Source: a virus. Taken from it: a stretch of DNA of 64,000 nt. The notes below the pieces were generated by a model, which was given only the letters and a program-made list of their open reading frames with translations, had not been told where the DNA came from and made no database searches. How positions within the stretch are numbered: the first letter of the stretch is position 1; each line of letters opens with the position of its first letter. The position numbers were made by a program, and so were the translations under genes. Shown one piece after another: positions 1 to 10,903 of the stretch. The stretch lies in IMG/VR virus record IMGVR_UViG_3300030406_002001, positions 3,850 to 67,849 of that record; one strand, given 5' to 3'.

Positions 1-3000
1 ATTTTTTCTGTATGTTTATTCATTATTTGCACAAGTCCAACTTCAAAATCTCCTACTATTTCTCTAGCTTTTTGTATTTGACCTTTTTCTATTAATTCTG
101 TAACTTGCCCTTGATATTTTCTAATTTTTTTATAGTTTTGCCAATACTTTGATATTGGCTCTGCACTTAATTTAGTTCTTCTAAAAAAATAATTAGCTAC
201 AGGTGCTTTTGTTAGTTTATCAAATGTTTCATCAGACCAAGGTTTTATATAATCTTTTGCATCTTTATCAAATTTTTTAATTATAGCATCTAATCCTGCA
301 ATAACATCTCTTCCTAATGTAGCTGTATAAGCATTTATATAATGATCTATTATTACAGGACTGCCATAATTTCTTCCTTCTATTCCTATAAAATTACCTA
401 TTCCTCTAATACCATCACCTATTTTTTTTGCAACTTCACTCGTATATGGTGTTTCTTGAAATTCTGCTAATTTATTTTCATTACTTCTAGATACAATAGG
501 TCTTTTTGTGTACATATTTCTATTAAAACCTTCTTCAAAATATGGCATAAACATATCTGTAACAGGAATAAAATTACTAAAATAACTCCAAGCACCTTCA
601 AACCATGTTTTTTCCATTTTATTAACATAATCTTTATCAGTTTTATAAGCATAATTAAGCATTTTTTCTGGTAGTGTTGCAAATAACCATCCTAATTCCC
701 AAGGTTTTCTAACTGTAAAATATTGTCCTTTTTCTTCATTTACTACAAAAACCCAAAAATTTAATTTTTCCCAATCAGAAGTTCCATTTTTATATGTTTC
801 ACTATCTCTATTAGCATACCAATTAATTATTGTTGGTACTGTCATTCCAAAAAAACCTGTCATTGCAAACCTTGTTATTTGTTTAGGATTAGTTGCAGTT
901 CGTGCTAATTTATATAAACCTTGAATACCTGCATTTAAAAAAGCATTAGTTCTTGATGCAGCTTCCATTCTCGCACCTCGTCTTGAAAAATCTATAATAT
1001 CTCTACCTTCATAAGTTGATAATGTATCTATTTGTCTTTTTGTTAATCTTTGATTAACAGGTAGATTTTGATTATCTTTTAATAATTTATTTTTTAATTG
1101 TTTACTTGCAACAATTCTTGGAGCTTGTTCTGTTAAAACTGTTGGTCTTTGTGCTAATCTACCAACTCTTGCTCCTGCTCTTTTCATTACTTCAAATGGA
1201 TATAATAAACTTGATATAGGACTTTTTGAATCAAGAGTATGTATATAATCTCTTTTTTCTATTTGTTCTCTCATTTTATTTGCACTAAATAATTGTCTAT
1301 CAGCATCTACAAATGTAGATTGAGCTTGTCCAGATTCTACAAATTCTCTTTCTATTTTTTTATTTTTTACTTGCCATACAATACCTTTTAATCCATCTAC
1401 TACAGGTATATAAGTAGTTTTACTAATAAATGGCATTGTTAATTCTTGTGCTAAAAAGTTTGCTAATGTAAATTTAGGATGAACAGTAATACCAAATCTT
1501 TTTACCTGTGTTACAATTTCTGCTGTTTTAAATACTGCACCATCTACATCTATTAATCCATATAATTTGTTAAACTGTTTATCTCTTTTTATTGCTTGTA
1601 CCAATACTTCTGATCCTAAATCCCATATCTCTCTTTTACCATTTCTCATAATAGATATTTGTGTATTTGTTAAATCTTTTGGTTTTGCTCTAAATATAGA
1701 TAAATTATTTATTTGATCATCTGATAAGTTTTTAAGTTGAGGAAATGCTGTTTCTATTTCTTTTCTTGTAGCTGTTGTTTCTTGTATAGCAGGTTTTACT
1801 TTTTCTATAAATTTAAAAGCATCTGGATTTTTACCTTTAGCTGACTCTATTGTTTTTATAAAATCAACCATTGCAACATTTCTTTCAGCTAACATTATCA
1901 TTTGCATAGTGTTTTTCATTGTCATTTCAATAGGATCAATAACACTTACTTTTTCAAGATATTCTTTTTTAGTTGCATTGTATTGTTTTTGTAATTGATT
2001 TTTTACTACTTCATCTGTTTCTGTATTTATTTTTTCTTCTAAATCTCTAACTTTTTTTTGTATTCTTTCCACACCTACTATTTGTTTGATAGGCATACCA
2101 CCTTGTGATTTATTACCTTTAAATTTTGGATCAAACAATTTATAAAATGGTACAAAATCTTTATTTGCACTTATAATACTTTCTTTTAGTTTTTTAGTAA
2201 TTACTCCTGCATCTTCCATATAATCTAAAATTCTTTGAGTAAACTCATCATATTCTTTAGATATATTTTCATATTCATCACCATATTTTGTTACAATATT
2301 TCTTGCTCTTTCTATAGGCATACCTGTTACAATACCTCTACCCTCAAGTTCTATAACTCTTTTTGATATTTTATAAATATTAAACTCATCATATTTTGAT
2401 CTACCATTTTTATACTCCAATGGTTTTAATATTTCATATAACGATTTACCTGTAATTTTATCTGCATCAAAAAAACTTTTTGTTCCACTACCATTAATTG
2501 CTGACATAGCTTTACCAACAACACCTGCTAAATTAGTTATCTGTTCATATACAAAATTCTTTTCTGCACCTTCTTTTTCAGCTAATTTTTCTATTTTTTT
2601 TACAGGAAATATACTATCTATACGATCAAACATAAATTTATCTAATTTATTAAACACTCCATCTGCTTCTTTTTCTATTTTTACTTTTTCCGGTTTATAA
2701 AACTCAGACATTGCTTTCATATCTTCATCTTCATAATTTCTAGGAGGTACAACTTCTGCATCATTACTACCTATTTTTTCTCCAAATTCTCTAAGTTCCT
2801 CTCTTATTTCATTTTGCCTTCTACTTACTCTAACTTGATTATCTGGCACATCTGTTTCCCTTAAATTAATTTCTTCTATCTGATTATCTATATCTCTTGA
2901 TCTGTTTTCTATGTCTCTAAAAGTTTCTATTGTATTAGCTCTAAAAGATTCTTCTTCTAATTCCTGTTTTTGTTTTTCTAAATCTTCTTTTTTTGGACCT

Positions 3001-4067
3001 TTACCATTTTCTATATCTTTTAAAACTTTAAATTCATCAACTAATTTTTTTATTTTGGTTGTCGCATTTTCTGTAAGTGTTTTATTAAAAACATTTATAT
3101 TAATACTTGCAGCTTCTTGACCACTAACAGGGTCTTTTAATACATCTTGAACTACATCAGAAAGACTTTCTTTTGTATTAACCATTCTATTTACTGCCAT
3201 TTGTGTAGCTTTAGCACCTATTCCTAATGTACCTACTAATAAAAGATTATCTTGTAATTGTTGTTTTGAAGGTAATGTCAATTTACCTTTTTCTACACTT
3301 TCAATAGCTGTTCCCATACCTGTCATACCTAAATATGTTCCTGCAAGTGTAGTCATAAAATTTTTGCTTAATCCAATTTTGTGTAAAGCAGCAGGTCCTG
3401 CTATAGTTCCTGCTAACATTGCACCACCTTTTAATCCTTCACCTACTCCATGATCTACAAACAAATCCCACCATTGTTTAAATCCTGTAACTTTGCCAGA
3501 TTTTAAAGATTGAAAATATGTTTCTTTTATTGAATCATTTACAAACCCACCTGCAAATGCAGCTTTTGTAAATTGTCTTGTTAATAAATATGGTGCAGCT
3601 CCAATCAATCCTGTTGGTGTATCTCCTACAATAGTACCTATAGACCTAACTAATCTTTCTATTGCACCATCATCTGTTAATTGATTGCCAAATGCTTTTC
3701 TCCAATCATATCCTTGCTCACCTTTTGTATGATATTGTAACATTAAATTAGTTGTACTTTGCCCAAAACCTTCTCTAAAATAATCATATATTTGACTTTC
3801 TTCACCTACTGCCCAAGTTTTTACTTTATTTGCTTTATTTCTAATTACATTAATTCTTTCTTTCCAATAATTTCTAATTGGATTCATAACATCATCTTCT
3901 TCTTTTAATTTTTGTGTTCTATAAATTCCTAATTCTTTAGCAATCTGGTCATCATCAAAACCACCTTGCCTAAGAATATTTATTGATTTTCTTTTATGCT
4001 CGTTTATTTGTTCTTCAGATGCACCACCTTGTTTAAGTAAATTTATATGTTCTTCTATTGCTCCCAT
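1..4067 (-). CDS. Large internal virion (ejection) protein, >1350 aa, runs off window; LPD38-like C-terminal region
   Basis: Not in ORF track; ATG at 4067 (MGAIEEHINLLKQGG), same frame still open at the window edge; WEKLNFWVF...RKPWELG motif; follows other ejection genes. Confidence 0.8.
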   Translation of the reverse strand, partial: MGAIEEHINLLKQGGASEEQINEHKRKSINILRQGGFDDDQIAKELGIYRTQKLKEEDDVMNPIRNYWKERINVIRNKANKVKTWAVGEESQIYDYFREGFGQSTTNLMLQYHTKGEQGYDWRKAFGNQLTDDGAIERLVRSIGTIVGDTPTGLIGAAPYLLTRQFTKAAFAGGFVNDSIKETYFQSLKSGKVTGFKQWWDLFVDHGVGEGLKGGAMLAGTIAGPAALHKIGLSKNFMTTLAGTYLGMTGMGTAIESVEKGKLTLPSKQQLQDNLLLVGTLGIGAKATQMAVNRMVNTKESLSDVVQDVLKDPVSGQEAASININVFNKTLTENATTKIKKLVDEFKVLKDIENGKGPKKEDLEKQKQELEEESFRANTIETFRDIENRSRDIDNQIEEINLRETDVPDNQVRVSRRQNEIREELREFGEKIGSNDAEVVPPRNYEDEDMKAMSEFYKPEKVKIEKEADGVFNKLDKFMFDRIDSIFPVKKIEKLAEKEGAEKNFVYEQITNLAGVVGKAMSAINGSGTKSFFDADKITGKSLYEILKPLEYKNGRSKYDEFNIYKISKRVIELEGRGIVTGMPIERARNIVTKYGDEYENISKEYDEFTQRILDYMEDAGVITKKLKESIISANKDFVPFYKLFDPKFKGNKSQGGMPIKQIVGVERIQKKVRDLEEKINTETDEVVKNQLQKQYNATKKEYLEKVSVIDPIEMTMKNTMQMIMLAERNVAMVDFIKTIESAKGKNPDAFKFIEKVKPAIQETTATRKEIETAFPQLKNLSDDQINNLSIFRAKPKDLTNTQISIMRNGKREIWDLGSEVLVQAIKRDKQFNKLYGLIDVDGAVFKTAEIVTQVKRFGITVHPKFTLANFLAQELTMPFISKTTYIPVVDGLKGIVWQVKNKKIEREFVESGQAQSTFVDADRQLFSANKMREQIEKRDYIHTLDSKSPISSLLYPFEVMKRAGARVGRLAQRPTVLTEQAPRIVASKQLKNKLLKDNQNLPVNQRLTKRQIDTLSTYEGRDIIDFSRRGARMEAASRTNAFLNAGIQGLYKLARTATNPKQITRFAMTGFFGMTVPTIINWYANRDSETYKNGTSDWEKLNFWVFVVNEEKGQYFTVRKPWELGWLFATLPEKMLNYAYKTDKDYVNKMEKTWFEGAWSYFSNFIPVTDMFMPYFEEGFNRNMYTKRPIVSRSNENKLAEFQETPYTSEVAKKIGDGIRGIGNFIGIEGRNYGSPVIIDHYINAYTATLGRDVIAGLDAIIKKFDKDAKDYIKPWSDETFDKLTKAPVANYFFRRTKLSAEPISKYWQNYKKIRKYQGQVTELIEKGQIQKAREIVGDFEVGLVQIMNKHTEK

Positions 4068-4075
4068 ATTTTAAA

Positions 4076-5668
4076 TTACTTTCCTTGAAGTCTTCTTAAT
4101 ATAAAATCAGTAACTTTTTCACCTTCTTTAATTTGAGTTTCATCTGGCAACTTTATTTGTCCTCCCTCAAAACCTTGTACTGCTTCTTTTAAAACCTCAT
4201 CTGAAGGCAAAATAAAAGGTTCTACAAATTTTTGTAAAAATACAGGACTTTCAGTATTAACAAATACATCTTCAAGTGTATAATTTTGACCTGTCTTTGG
4301 ATTTATTGTAGCTAATTTATCTCTTGCAATTCTTTTTAAATCTTGTTCTGATTGATATAACCTTACTTGTGCTGCATCTCCAACTGCATATGTACCTCCT
4401 TTTATTTGTTCTTCAACACTTGTAAAAAACCTTTTAAATGCAGTTTGAAATGCTTTTTCTTCTTTTCCTGCAAATTGTTGTATAATTGCTTTTTGCTCTA
4501 AATAAAATGGTCTTCTAATTTCTCTATCTCTATATCTTTCTGATAAACTTTTTGGTTTTTCTTCTCCTTTTACTGTAAAAGGTGTATCTGTGTCTTTTAC
4601 AATACTTGTTGTATCAATTAATATTTCTATTTCTCTTTGTTTATTAAAATCTGGTTCACCTTCAATATCTTGTAATCTTGCCCTTTTATTTTGTATTTCT
4701 GCATCTACTTGATTTTTTGCTTGTGTTCCTCTTACTCTATCTCTAATATCTTTTAATTCTGTTACTGAAATATCATCTAAATCTTTTGTATCTATTTCAT
4801 TAAAAACTTTTTCATTAAATAATTCATCTGACCTTTGTTTAAATTGCACTTCTTGTAATAAATTATCATTTATTTCACTCTCTAGTCTTTCGTATTGTTT
4901 TCTATCAATTTTTTCTCCACCAATATTATTTTTTTTTAATCTATCCATACTTGCTTGATAGTCAATAGTACCATCTGCTCGTCTAACTAAAATTATAGAA
5001 TTATAAAACTCGTTAATAACTTCTTGTCTATCAGCTTCATAAGCAGCTAATGACTTTCCTGCACTTATTGCTGATTGATTGTCTTTATAAAATTTACTAT
5101 TCTCTCCTGTTATACTTTCTAATAAACCAAATATAGCTTTATCTTCATAGTTTTGCTTACCTACTTTTATCTGCATATTTTTTATCTCTAATTCTTTTTG
5201 TACTGTTGCTCTGTTAACAGTTTCAGCTAATATTTGATTACCTCTTAATTTGTTTACTTCACTCATAAAAGATAATTTTGCTTTTTCTTTGTAATACAAT
5301 CCTTTTTTTGCTGCCATAGGATCATTTTTGTAATAATTTCCAAAATCTTTATCTAAAAAAACTCCGAAATCTGATATTATTTTATCTGTTTCTTGCTGTG
5401 AATATACTGTATTTTGTTCTTTTAATTTTTGTAATTGCTCTTCTGCTTGTCCTAAAAAATATACTTCACTATTAGTAACCTTATTATTAATTCTTTCAGT
5501 TTCTAATTTTGTTTCTTGCTCAATAATGTTACCTAAAAAATCACTAGCAATTTTACCTGCTTGTGCGAACTGCCTACCTCTAAATTCTTGTCCTCTAAGC
5601 AAATTTGTTCCACGTGAAACATTTTGAGCTTGTATTTGTCCTCTAACAGGTCTAATTCTTATTGCCAT
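4076..5668 (-). CDS. Internal virion protein (T7 gp15-position)
   Basis: 530-aa helical protein between gp14-like gene and large ejection gene. Confidence 0.65.
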   Translation of the reverse strand: MAIRIRPVRGQIQAQNVSRGTNLLRGQEFRGRQFAQAGKIASDFLGNIIEQETKLETERINNKVTNSEVYFLGQAEEQLQKLKEQNTVYSQQETDKIISDFGVFLDKDFGNYYKNDPMAAKKGLYYKEKAKLSFMSEVNKLRGNQILAETVNRATVQKELEIKNMQIKVGKQNYEDKAIFGLLESITGENSKFYKDNQSAISAGKSLAAYEADRQEVINEFYNSIILVRRADGTIDYQASMDRLKKNNIGGEKIDRKQYERLESEINDNLLQEVQFKQRSDELFNEKVFNEIDTKDLDDISVTELKDIRDRVRGTQAKNQVDAEIQNKRARLQDIEGEPDFNKQREIEILIDTTSIVKDTDTPFTVKGEEKPKSLSERYRDREIRRPFYLEQKAIIQQFAGKEEKAFQTAFKRFFTSVEEQIKGGTYAVGDAAQVRLYQSEQDLKRIARDKLATINPKTGQNYTLEDVFVNTESPVFLQKFVEPFILPSDEVLKEAVQGFEGGQIKLPDETQIKEGEKVTDFILRRLQGK

Positions 5669-6222
5669 TATCTTATACCTCTAGCTCTTAAAAATGCATT
5701 TCCAGATAATTGAGTCATTGGGTCTAACTGTCCTAATGTAGTTGTTGGACTTGATAAAAAACTGCCAGAAAATTGTCCTGAATAATATGCTGCTGTACCT
5801 AATTGAGCTACACCTTGTATCAAACTTGTTCTACGTTTAAAAGATTCTGCTGCTAATGCTCCGGCTAATTCTATATCATTCTCTAATAAACTTTGTTCTA
5901 ATTCTTTTTCTGCCCAAAATCTAGCATCATCTGCTTCTTCAATAGTATTCTGCATAACTAATAATGGTGAACCTGTAAATCTTTTACCACTTGCACCGAT
6001 TGCTGCTCTTTTTTCTGACAACATAGTTTTTTCTTGTCTATTAATTTTTATTTGTTGTTGCTTTCTTTGCAATTCAATTCTTTGATCTTCGTATGCTTTT
6101 GCTGTTCTTAAATTTTTTGCTTGTATTCGTGAATTTCTTATAGAAGCATAAGTGCCTAATATAGTTTGTAAACCACTTGCTACAGCAAAAAAAGTTCCAA
6201 AAGGTAATCCTATTCCAAACAT
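5668..6222 (-). CDS. Internal virion protein (T7 gp14-like)
   Basis: Hydrophobic N-terminus, coiled coil, GASGKRFTGSPLLV motif, directly after nozzle gene. Confidence 0.7.
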   Translation of the reverse strand: MFGIGLPFGTFFAVASGLQTILGTYASIRNSRIQAKNLRTAKAYEDQRIELQRKQQQIKINRQEKTMLSEKRAAIGASGKRFTGSPLLVMQNTIEEADDARFWAEKELEQSLLENDIELAGALAAESFKRRTSLIQGVAQLGTAAYYSGQFSGSFLSSPTTTLGQLDPMTQLSGNAFLRARGIR

Positions 6223-6225
6223 AAT

Positions 6226-8718
6226 TTAATCCACAGTTAAAAGGGTTCCTGTTATTCCTAATATTGTCATAGGTAAAGGTTGAGTTTGTTTGACAGTAAT
6301 CTGCCCATCTCTATCCCATCCTAAATTTGTTACTCGTTTATCTCCTGTAAACTCTGGTATATTCTGACCCATAGGTGTTGCAGATGATCTAAATGGTAAT
6401 TGATCATCATTTATTGTTGCACCCACTGTATTCAAAAATCTTACCATAACCTCATTATATCTTTTTTTCCTACCTTGTGAAGTACCTGCTTGACCTCCAA
6501 ACTCTGGTTTTAATGTTTTTAATGTACTTGTAAATCCTAGTCCTACATCTATTGTTTTCGTAGATAATTCTGTTGGTATATCTACAGTTATTGCACCATT
6601 TGTTACTGTTTGTGGTGGATATACTGCATCTCCTATAACTATTTGTACCTTTTCTCCTTCAAGATGATCTAATGATGTAACACTTGTAGAAGATGAGTTT
6701 ACTGTGCCTGTTAGATAACTATCCATATTTGCAGTAGAACTTAAATATTCTACATATTGTACTGTCGAACCATTTATTAGTCGTTCAATAATTACCCATA
6801 CTTGATCTTCACCACCTTCTGGAATACTTGCTACACTTTTTGCTTTTGAATGTGTTTCACTTGTAACTGCTAGTCTTGTAGAATCTGTTGTTTCAACTGT
6901 TAAAAGACCTGTAGCTTGTGGACTTGTTTCTGTAATTGTTACAATGTTTGCAGCAGGGTTTGCTACTGTAAAATCTGCATGAGCATTTATTGCTGTAAAT
7001 ATATTATCTGCTGTTGTATTGTTATTTATATTTGGTCTAAATCCTAAAGAACTTGAAGGACTACTACTCCCTGCTGTTTCTGATGTAAATGTTACTTTTG
7101 ATCCGTCTGATTTTGTTAACACAATACGACTACCTACAGGTATATTTGCATAGTCTGTAACTGTAACTGTTGCTGATCCTGTTTTACCACCAAATATATG
7201 TCTATGCCATGCTACTACATTTTCTTCTCTTTGATATGTCATGCCTAAAAACACACCATCTTCTCGTATTGCCCAATAAACAGAATCTGGTTCTTGTGCA
7301 AAATCTACTTCTGTAATACCATTACCTGTAATATGTTCTGATAATATAGTCATATCTGGTGCAGAATATGCATCATCTTCAAACTTATAATAAAATTCTC
7401 TAATTTTTTTTTGTTGTCTTTGAATAAATAAAATAACATTACCAATCTGTATTGGTCTTGCTGGATATACACCATAAGTTGTTTGTTGTGCAATATTTAC
7501 ATTATCTGGTTTTAGTGGTTCTCCTGTTGGTCTACCTACTTTATATTCTGACCCTGCTGTACCAACAATCAAATCTTTAGATGGTGCTAACCATCTGATT
7601 GTATTTACCTTATTTGCTGCAATAGTATATATAAATGCATCTGCTGCATCTGCATCTCCTTCATCAAAATTATCATATAATCCAGATTGTGAAGCCCATA
7701 TTGTTTGTGGAAAGTTTGTACTTCCACCATATAAAAGTCTTTGCTCAAAAAAACTAACAGCTCTTGGAAATCCTGTTGTATTTGAATATGCACCTAGTTG
7801 CCATTCTTTTGTTGCACTTCCTGTTCCTACTGCTGTAAATATTTCATAAGTTACAACTGTTGCACTTGTAAATCCTGTTATTTTTCCATGACCACCTTTT
7901 ACTTTTACCAATCTACCAACATCTGTACTTGCAAATAAATCTGCACTAGCTGTTAATGTCCTGCCTGTGCCTACTGTTGTTGCACTCGTTGTCAAAGTTG
8001 TAGAAGTTGTATTTTCATCTAAATATGGACCTTTTTCAAAATCAACATCTGAAATACTCCAATTAGTATGACCTGTTCTAGTCAATTTTGTTGGTTCATG
8101 TGATGGATGCACTAAATACATAACATCTGCTGATTGAGCAAATTGTATTTCAGATAACTGAGATGATGTGTATTCTGTTGTTATTTCATATACTTTGGCT
8201 GCTGTACCACCAGAAGTATAAGTTGTATAATTAGTTGAATTTACTCCAGATAACTCAAATGTGTTGGTTGTTACATTTGCTATTGTATATCTTCTTGCAT
8301 TGACTTCTGTCATACCACCCACATCATTTAACCATATATGATCTCCATTAGAATATCCATGTGATGATACTGTAACAACAGCCGGATTTGCCTTTGTTAT
8401 TGCTGTTACTGTTTTTGTTGCTTCTGTTATTTGACCATTATCTTTATAAAATCTTATATATAAATTACCAAACTCTAATATATACGATTGTTCTATATTA
8501 AACTCAAAAGGTATCAATCTAGTTGCATTAGCTGAATTTTTTACCTCACACACAAACCTAGAACCATATCTTCTTGTCGTACCACCCTGTGGAAATACTA
8601 TCATATTCTCCATAGTTTCAACTGCATTGTTGTATTTTTTAAAATCTACTTGACCAAATAATTTAGGTGAAATTTCACCGGATGTAAAATTTGTTTGAAA
8701 TGGATGAACTCTTGCCAT
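6226..8718 (-). CDS. Tail tubular protein B / nozzle
   Basis: QTNFTSGEISP N-terminus, FPRAVSFFEQRL, AWHRH and QPLPMTILGI motifs; FCCH-like insertion. Confidence 0.9.
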   Translation of the reverse strand: MARVHPFQTNFTSGEISPKLFGQVDFKKYNNAVETMENMIVFPQGGTTRRYGSRFVCEVKNSANATRLIPFEFNIEQSYILEFGNLYIRFYKDNGQITEATKTVTAITKANPAVVTVSSHGYSNGDHIWLNDVGGMTEVNARRYTIANVTTNTFELSGVNSTNYTTYTSGGTAAKVYEITTEYTSSQLSEIQFAQSADVMYLVHPSHEPTKLTRTGHTNWSISDVDFEKGPYLDENTTSTTLTTSATTVGTGRTLTASADLFASTDVGRLVKVKGGHGKITGFTSATVVTYEIFTAVGTGSATKEWQLGAYSNTTGFPRAVSFFEQRLLYGGSTNFPQTIWASQSGLYDNFDEGDADAADAFIYTIAANKVNTIRWLAPSKDLIVGTAGSEYKVGRPTGEPLKPDNVNIAQQTTYGVYPARPIQIGNVILFIQRQQKKIREFYYKFEDDAYSAPDMTILSEHITGNGITEVDFAQEPDSVYWAIREDGVFLGMTYQREENVVAWHRHIFGGKTGSATVTVTDYANIPVGSRIVLTKSDGSKVTFTSETAGSSSPSSSLGFRPNINNNTTADNIFTAINAHADFTVANPAANIVTITETSPQATGLLTVETTDSTRLAVTSETHSKAKSVASIPEGGEDQVWVIIERLINGSTVQYVEYLSSTANMDSYLTGTVNSSSTSVTSLDHLEGEKVQIVIGDAVYPPQTVTNGAITVDIPTELSTKTIDVGLGFTSTLKTLKPEFGGQAGTSQGRKKRYNEVMVRFLNTVGATINDDQLPFRSSATPMGQNIPEFTGDKRVTNLGWDRDGQITVKQTQPLPMTILGITGTLLTVD

Positions 8719-9299
8719 TAAGGTGCTCTAAAATCAGTAAACACAGTTGATATAATACTATCAGTTGTTCCCTCTGTGCTATCAAGACTTCTTGCTTCTG
8801 ATAACTTTCTTTCAAATAACCTTTGCATTTGTGCTTGTAATGTTGTGCTATTTGTTACAGGATATGCTAAATCTACTGCAAGTTTTGCAGTAAGTGTATC
8901 AACAAACATAGAATCAAATAAACTTGGATCAGTAACTCTTGCAATATAAGTTATTTTTGCTTCCCCTTCATCTGTAAGTAATACCCTGCCTTGACCTGCT
9001 AAATTTTCTATTTTAAATTCAAAATCTTCAAACTCCATTTTTAATACTCGTAAACAAAATGGATCAGTTGGCAATGCAAATTGATTAGCATATTCAAATG
9101 CAGGTGCTGTTGATAACTTTGCTAAATTTGCTCTGTTAATAGCAAAATTCCAAGTATGTGATCTTAATACTGCATCTCTTGATGGTGCATAAAATGCATT
9201 ACATAATCTTGCTCTTTCACTATCTTCTGTTAATGATGCGATAGGACTATCGCCCAACCTTCGTAGAGCATTTGAACATATTGATACTTCTGTTGCCAT
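8718..9299 (-). CDS. Tail tubular protein A / adaptor
   Basis: EVSICSNALRRLGDSPI, HTWNFA, YANQFALP motifs. Confidence 0.9.
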   Translation of the reverse strand: MATEVSICSNALRRLGDSPIASLTEDSERARLCNAFYAPSRDAVLRSHTWNFAINRANLAKLSTAPAFEYANQFALPTDPFCLRVLKMEFEDFEFKIENLAGQGRVLLTDEGEAKITYIARVTDPSLFDSMFVDTLTAKLAVDLAYPVTNSTTLQAQMQRLFERKLSEARSLDSTEGTTDSIISTVFTDFRAP

Positions 9300-9316
9300 A
9301 ATACTCCTAATGTAAC

Positions 9317-9341
9317 AAAAAGGGGGTCTTTTGCAACCCCC
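9317..9341 (-). terminator. Intrinsic terminator after capsid genes
   Basis: Minus strand GGGGGT-loop-ACCCCC followed by TTTTT. Confidence 0.7.
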
Positions 9342-9359
9342 AAATTGTAGTCTATTGTT

Positions 9360-9905
9360 CTAATCAGTTATATAAGTAACTACCATAGTAATATCACCTG
9401 CTGCTGCTGTTGCTGCAACATTAGACATTGTTAGGGCAATTCTTAATGGAACTCCGGGGTCTTCTGATAGACCACCATCTTCCCATGCATGATTAGCTAT
9501 TGCATTGACATTCTTTGCTTCAAATGCAACTTCAACACCTGCTGTGTTTGCTGCTTGTAAAGTTGTTATAGCTGTTGCATAACAATCTTCATCAATAACT
9601 GCATCTGCTGCTGTTTCAGTACCACCAATAGTAAACTTACTAGCTCCATTATACAGACCTACATTGGCTGCTAGTGTTGGTGATCCATTTGAATCAAGAT
9701 CATCATTGTAAAGTTTTATTGACATGACTTTTGCATTTGATGGGATTTGTGCCATCATGATTACATCATCATTATCAATATCACCTGTACCTGCTGCAAT
9801 AGTATCAGCAAATACTCTCATCTTGCCATGAACACTTCCGACTTCGGAAATAACTCTAGGAGATGCATCTAGGTTTGTAATTTCTACAGATTTAGCTGTT
9901 GCCAT
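9360..9905 (-). CDS. Capsid cement/decoration protein
   Basis: Ala/Thr/Gly-rich beta protein immediately after MCP. Confidence 0.6.
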   Translation of the reverse strand: MATAKSVEITNLDASPRVISEVGSVHGKMRVFADTIAAGTGDIDNDDVIMMAQIPSNAKVMSIKLYNDDLDSNGSPTLAANVGLYNGASKFTIGGTETAADAVIDEDCYATAITTLQAANTAGVEVAFEAKNVNAIANHAWEDGGLSEDPGVPLRIALTMSNVAATAAAGDITMVVTYITD

Positions 9906-9915
9906 GATTTACCTC

Positions 9916-10779
9916 CTATGACTCTTGACAAGCAATTTCTACAACTTTTTCGTCTTCTACTCTCGTAGCTCCGATTGTCATTGATAAAAATACTTGTGTT
10001 GCATAGTTCTTGTCAGCTCTTTCAGAGATTCTTGTTTCAATATCTCTGCCAAGTGCAAGACCTATTGCAGATTGACAAAAACCAAGTACAGACCTGTTAC
10101 CATCACTATCTGTGCTTAGTCGTTCACTTCTAATAAAGTTAAATCCTAAAAAAGTATCTAACTCACCTTGTACTAATGCTTTAACAGAATTAAAATCTGC
10201 TGAAGTAATAGTTGTGCTACCTAGTAAATCACTAAGTTGTTTTGCTGACACCACCATGAATCTTGACTCATCTGGGTCAACATCAGCAGCATCTAATACT
10301 TCTTTTGCACTAATTAATTTTGCTAGAGTTAATCCAGCAGAAGCATGAACAATTTTCTGTCCGGAAGGTAATGCCACAGTTGTACCACCAGATACACCAC
10401 CAAAAGCATTTCCACTAGCAGCAGCAATAATTGCATCATCCATTGCTCTACCCATTGCCCAAGCACCACTCATTGCATACTCAGATTGTGGGGAGATTAA
10501 CATTCTAACTTTGTCCTCTTGGTCAATCAGATCAGCCCAATCATAATCATCCATAGTAACTTTCCTTCTTGAGTGAGGGGTATCAACTCTAGGTGTATCA
10601 CTATGTCTGGATGTTCTTTTAAGAGCAGCAGTATCACCAATTCTTTCAAAAAAGTGCGATTTACCTGTTACAGTTTCTGTTCTTACTGCATCTCTTAATC
10701 TTGAACCTTTCTGTTGTGCCAAATGGAACACATTGCTTTTATATTGTTCTACAAAAGCTGTAGTAATTTGAACACTCAT
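9916..10779 (-). CDS. Major capsid protein (BPP-1-like HK97 fold)
   Basis: ITTAFVEQY...QQKGSRLR, DWADLID, GATRVEDEKVVEI; strong AGGAG RBS. Confidence 0.92.
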   Translation of the reverse strand: MSVQITTAFVEQYKSNVFHLAQQKGSRLRDAVRTETVTGKSHFFERIGDTAALKRTSRHSDTPRVDTPHSRRKVTMDDYDWADLIDQEDKVRMLISPQSEYAMSGAWAMGRAMDDAIIAAASGNAFGGVSGGTTVALPSGQKIVHASAGLTLAKLISAKEVLDAADVDPDESRFMVVSAKQLSDLLGSTTITSADFNSVKALVQGELDTFLGFNFIRSERLSTDSDGNRSVLGFCQSAIGLALGRDIETRISERADKNYATQVFLSMTIGATRVEDEKVVEIACQES

Positions 10780-10819
10780 TACAGTTCTCCTTAATAAAAT
10801 TAATATAATAATTTATGCA

Positions 10820-10892
10820 GTTTTTGTCCTAAAAAAGGGAAACCTCGTTTATAGTCGTTAGACTTTATATACTGTTATCCGTAAGGGCAGTA
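10820..10892 (-). promoter_or_regulatory. Structured MCP 5' leader with two CCC...GG-RYAA internal-loop hairpins
   Basis: TACTG-CCC-TTAC-GG-ATAA-CAGTA and GTTT-CCC-TTTTTTA-GG-ACAA-AAAC; same motif before phage B MCP. Confidence 0.65.
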
Positions 10893-10903
10893 CACACAAA
10901 AAT

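Noticed and set aside
467-682. 71-aa minus-strand ORF
   Set aside because: Alternative frame inside the large 1-4067 ejection-protein gene
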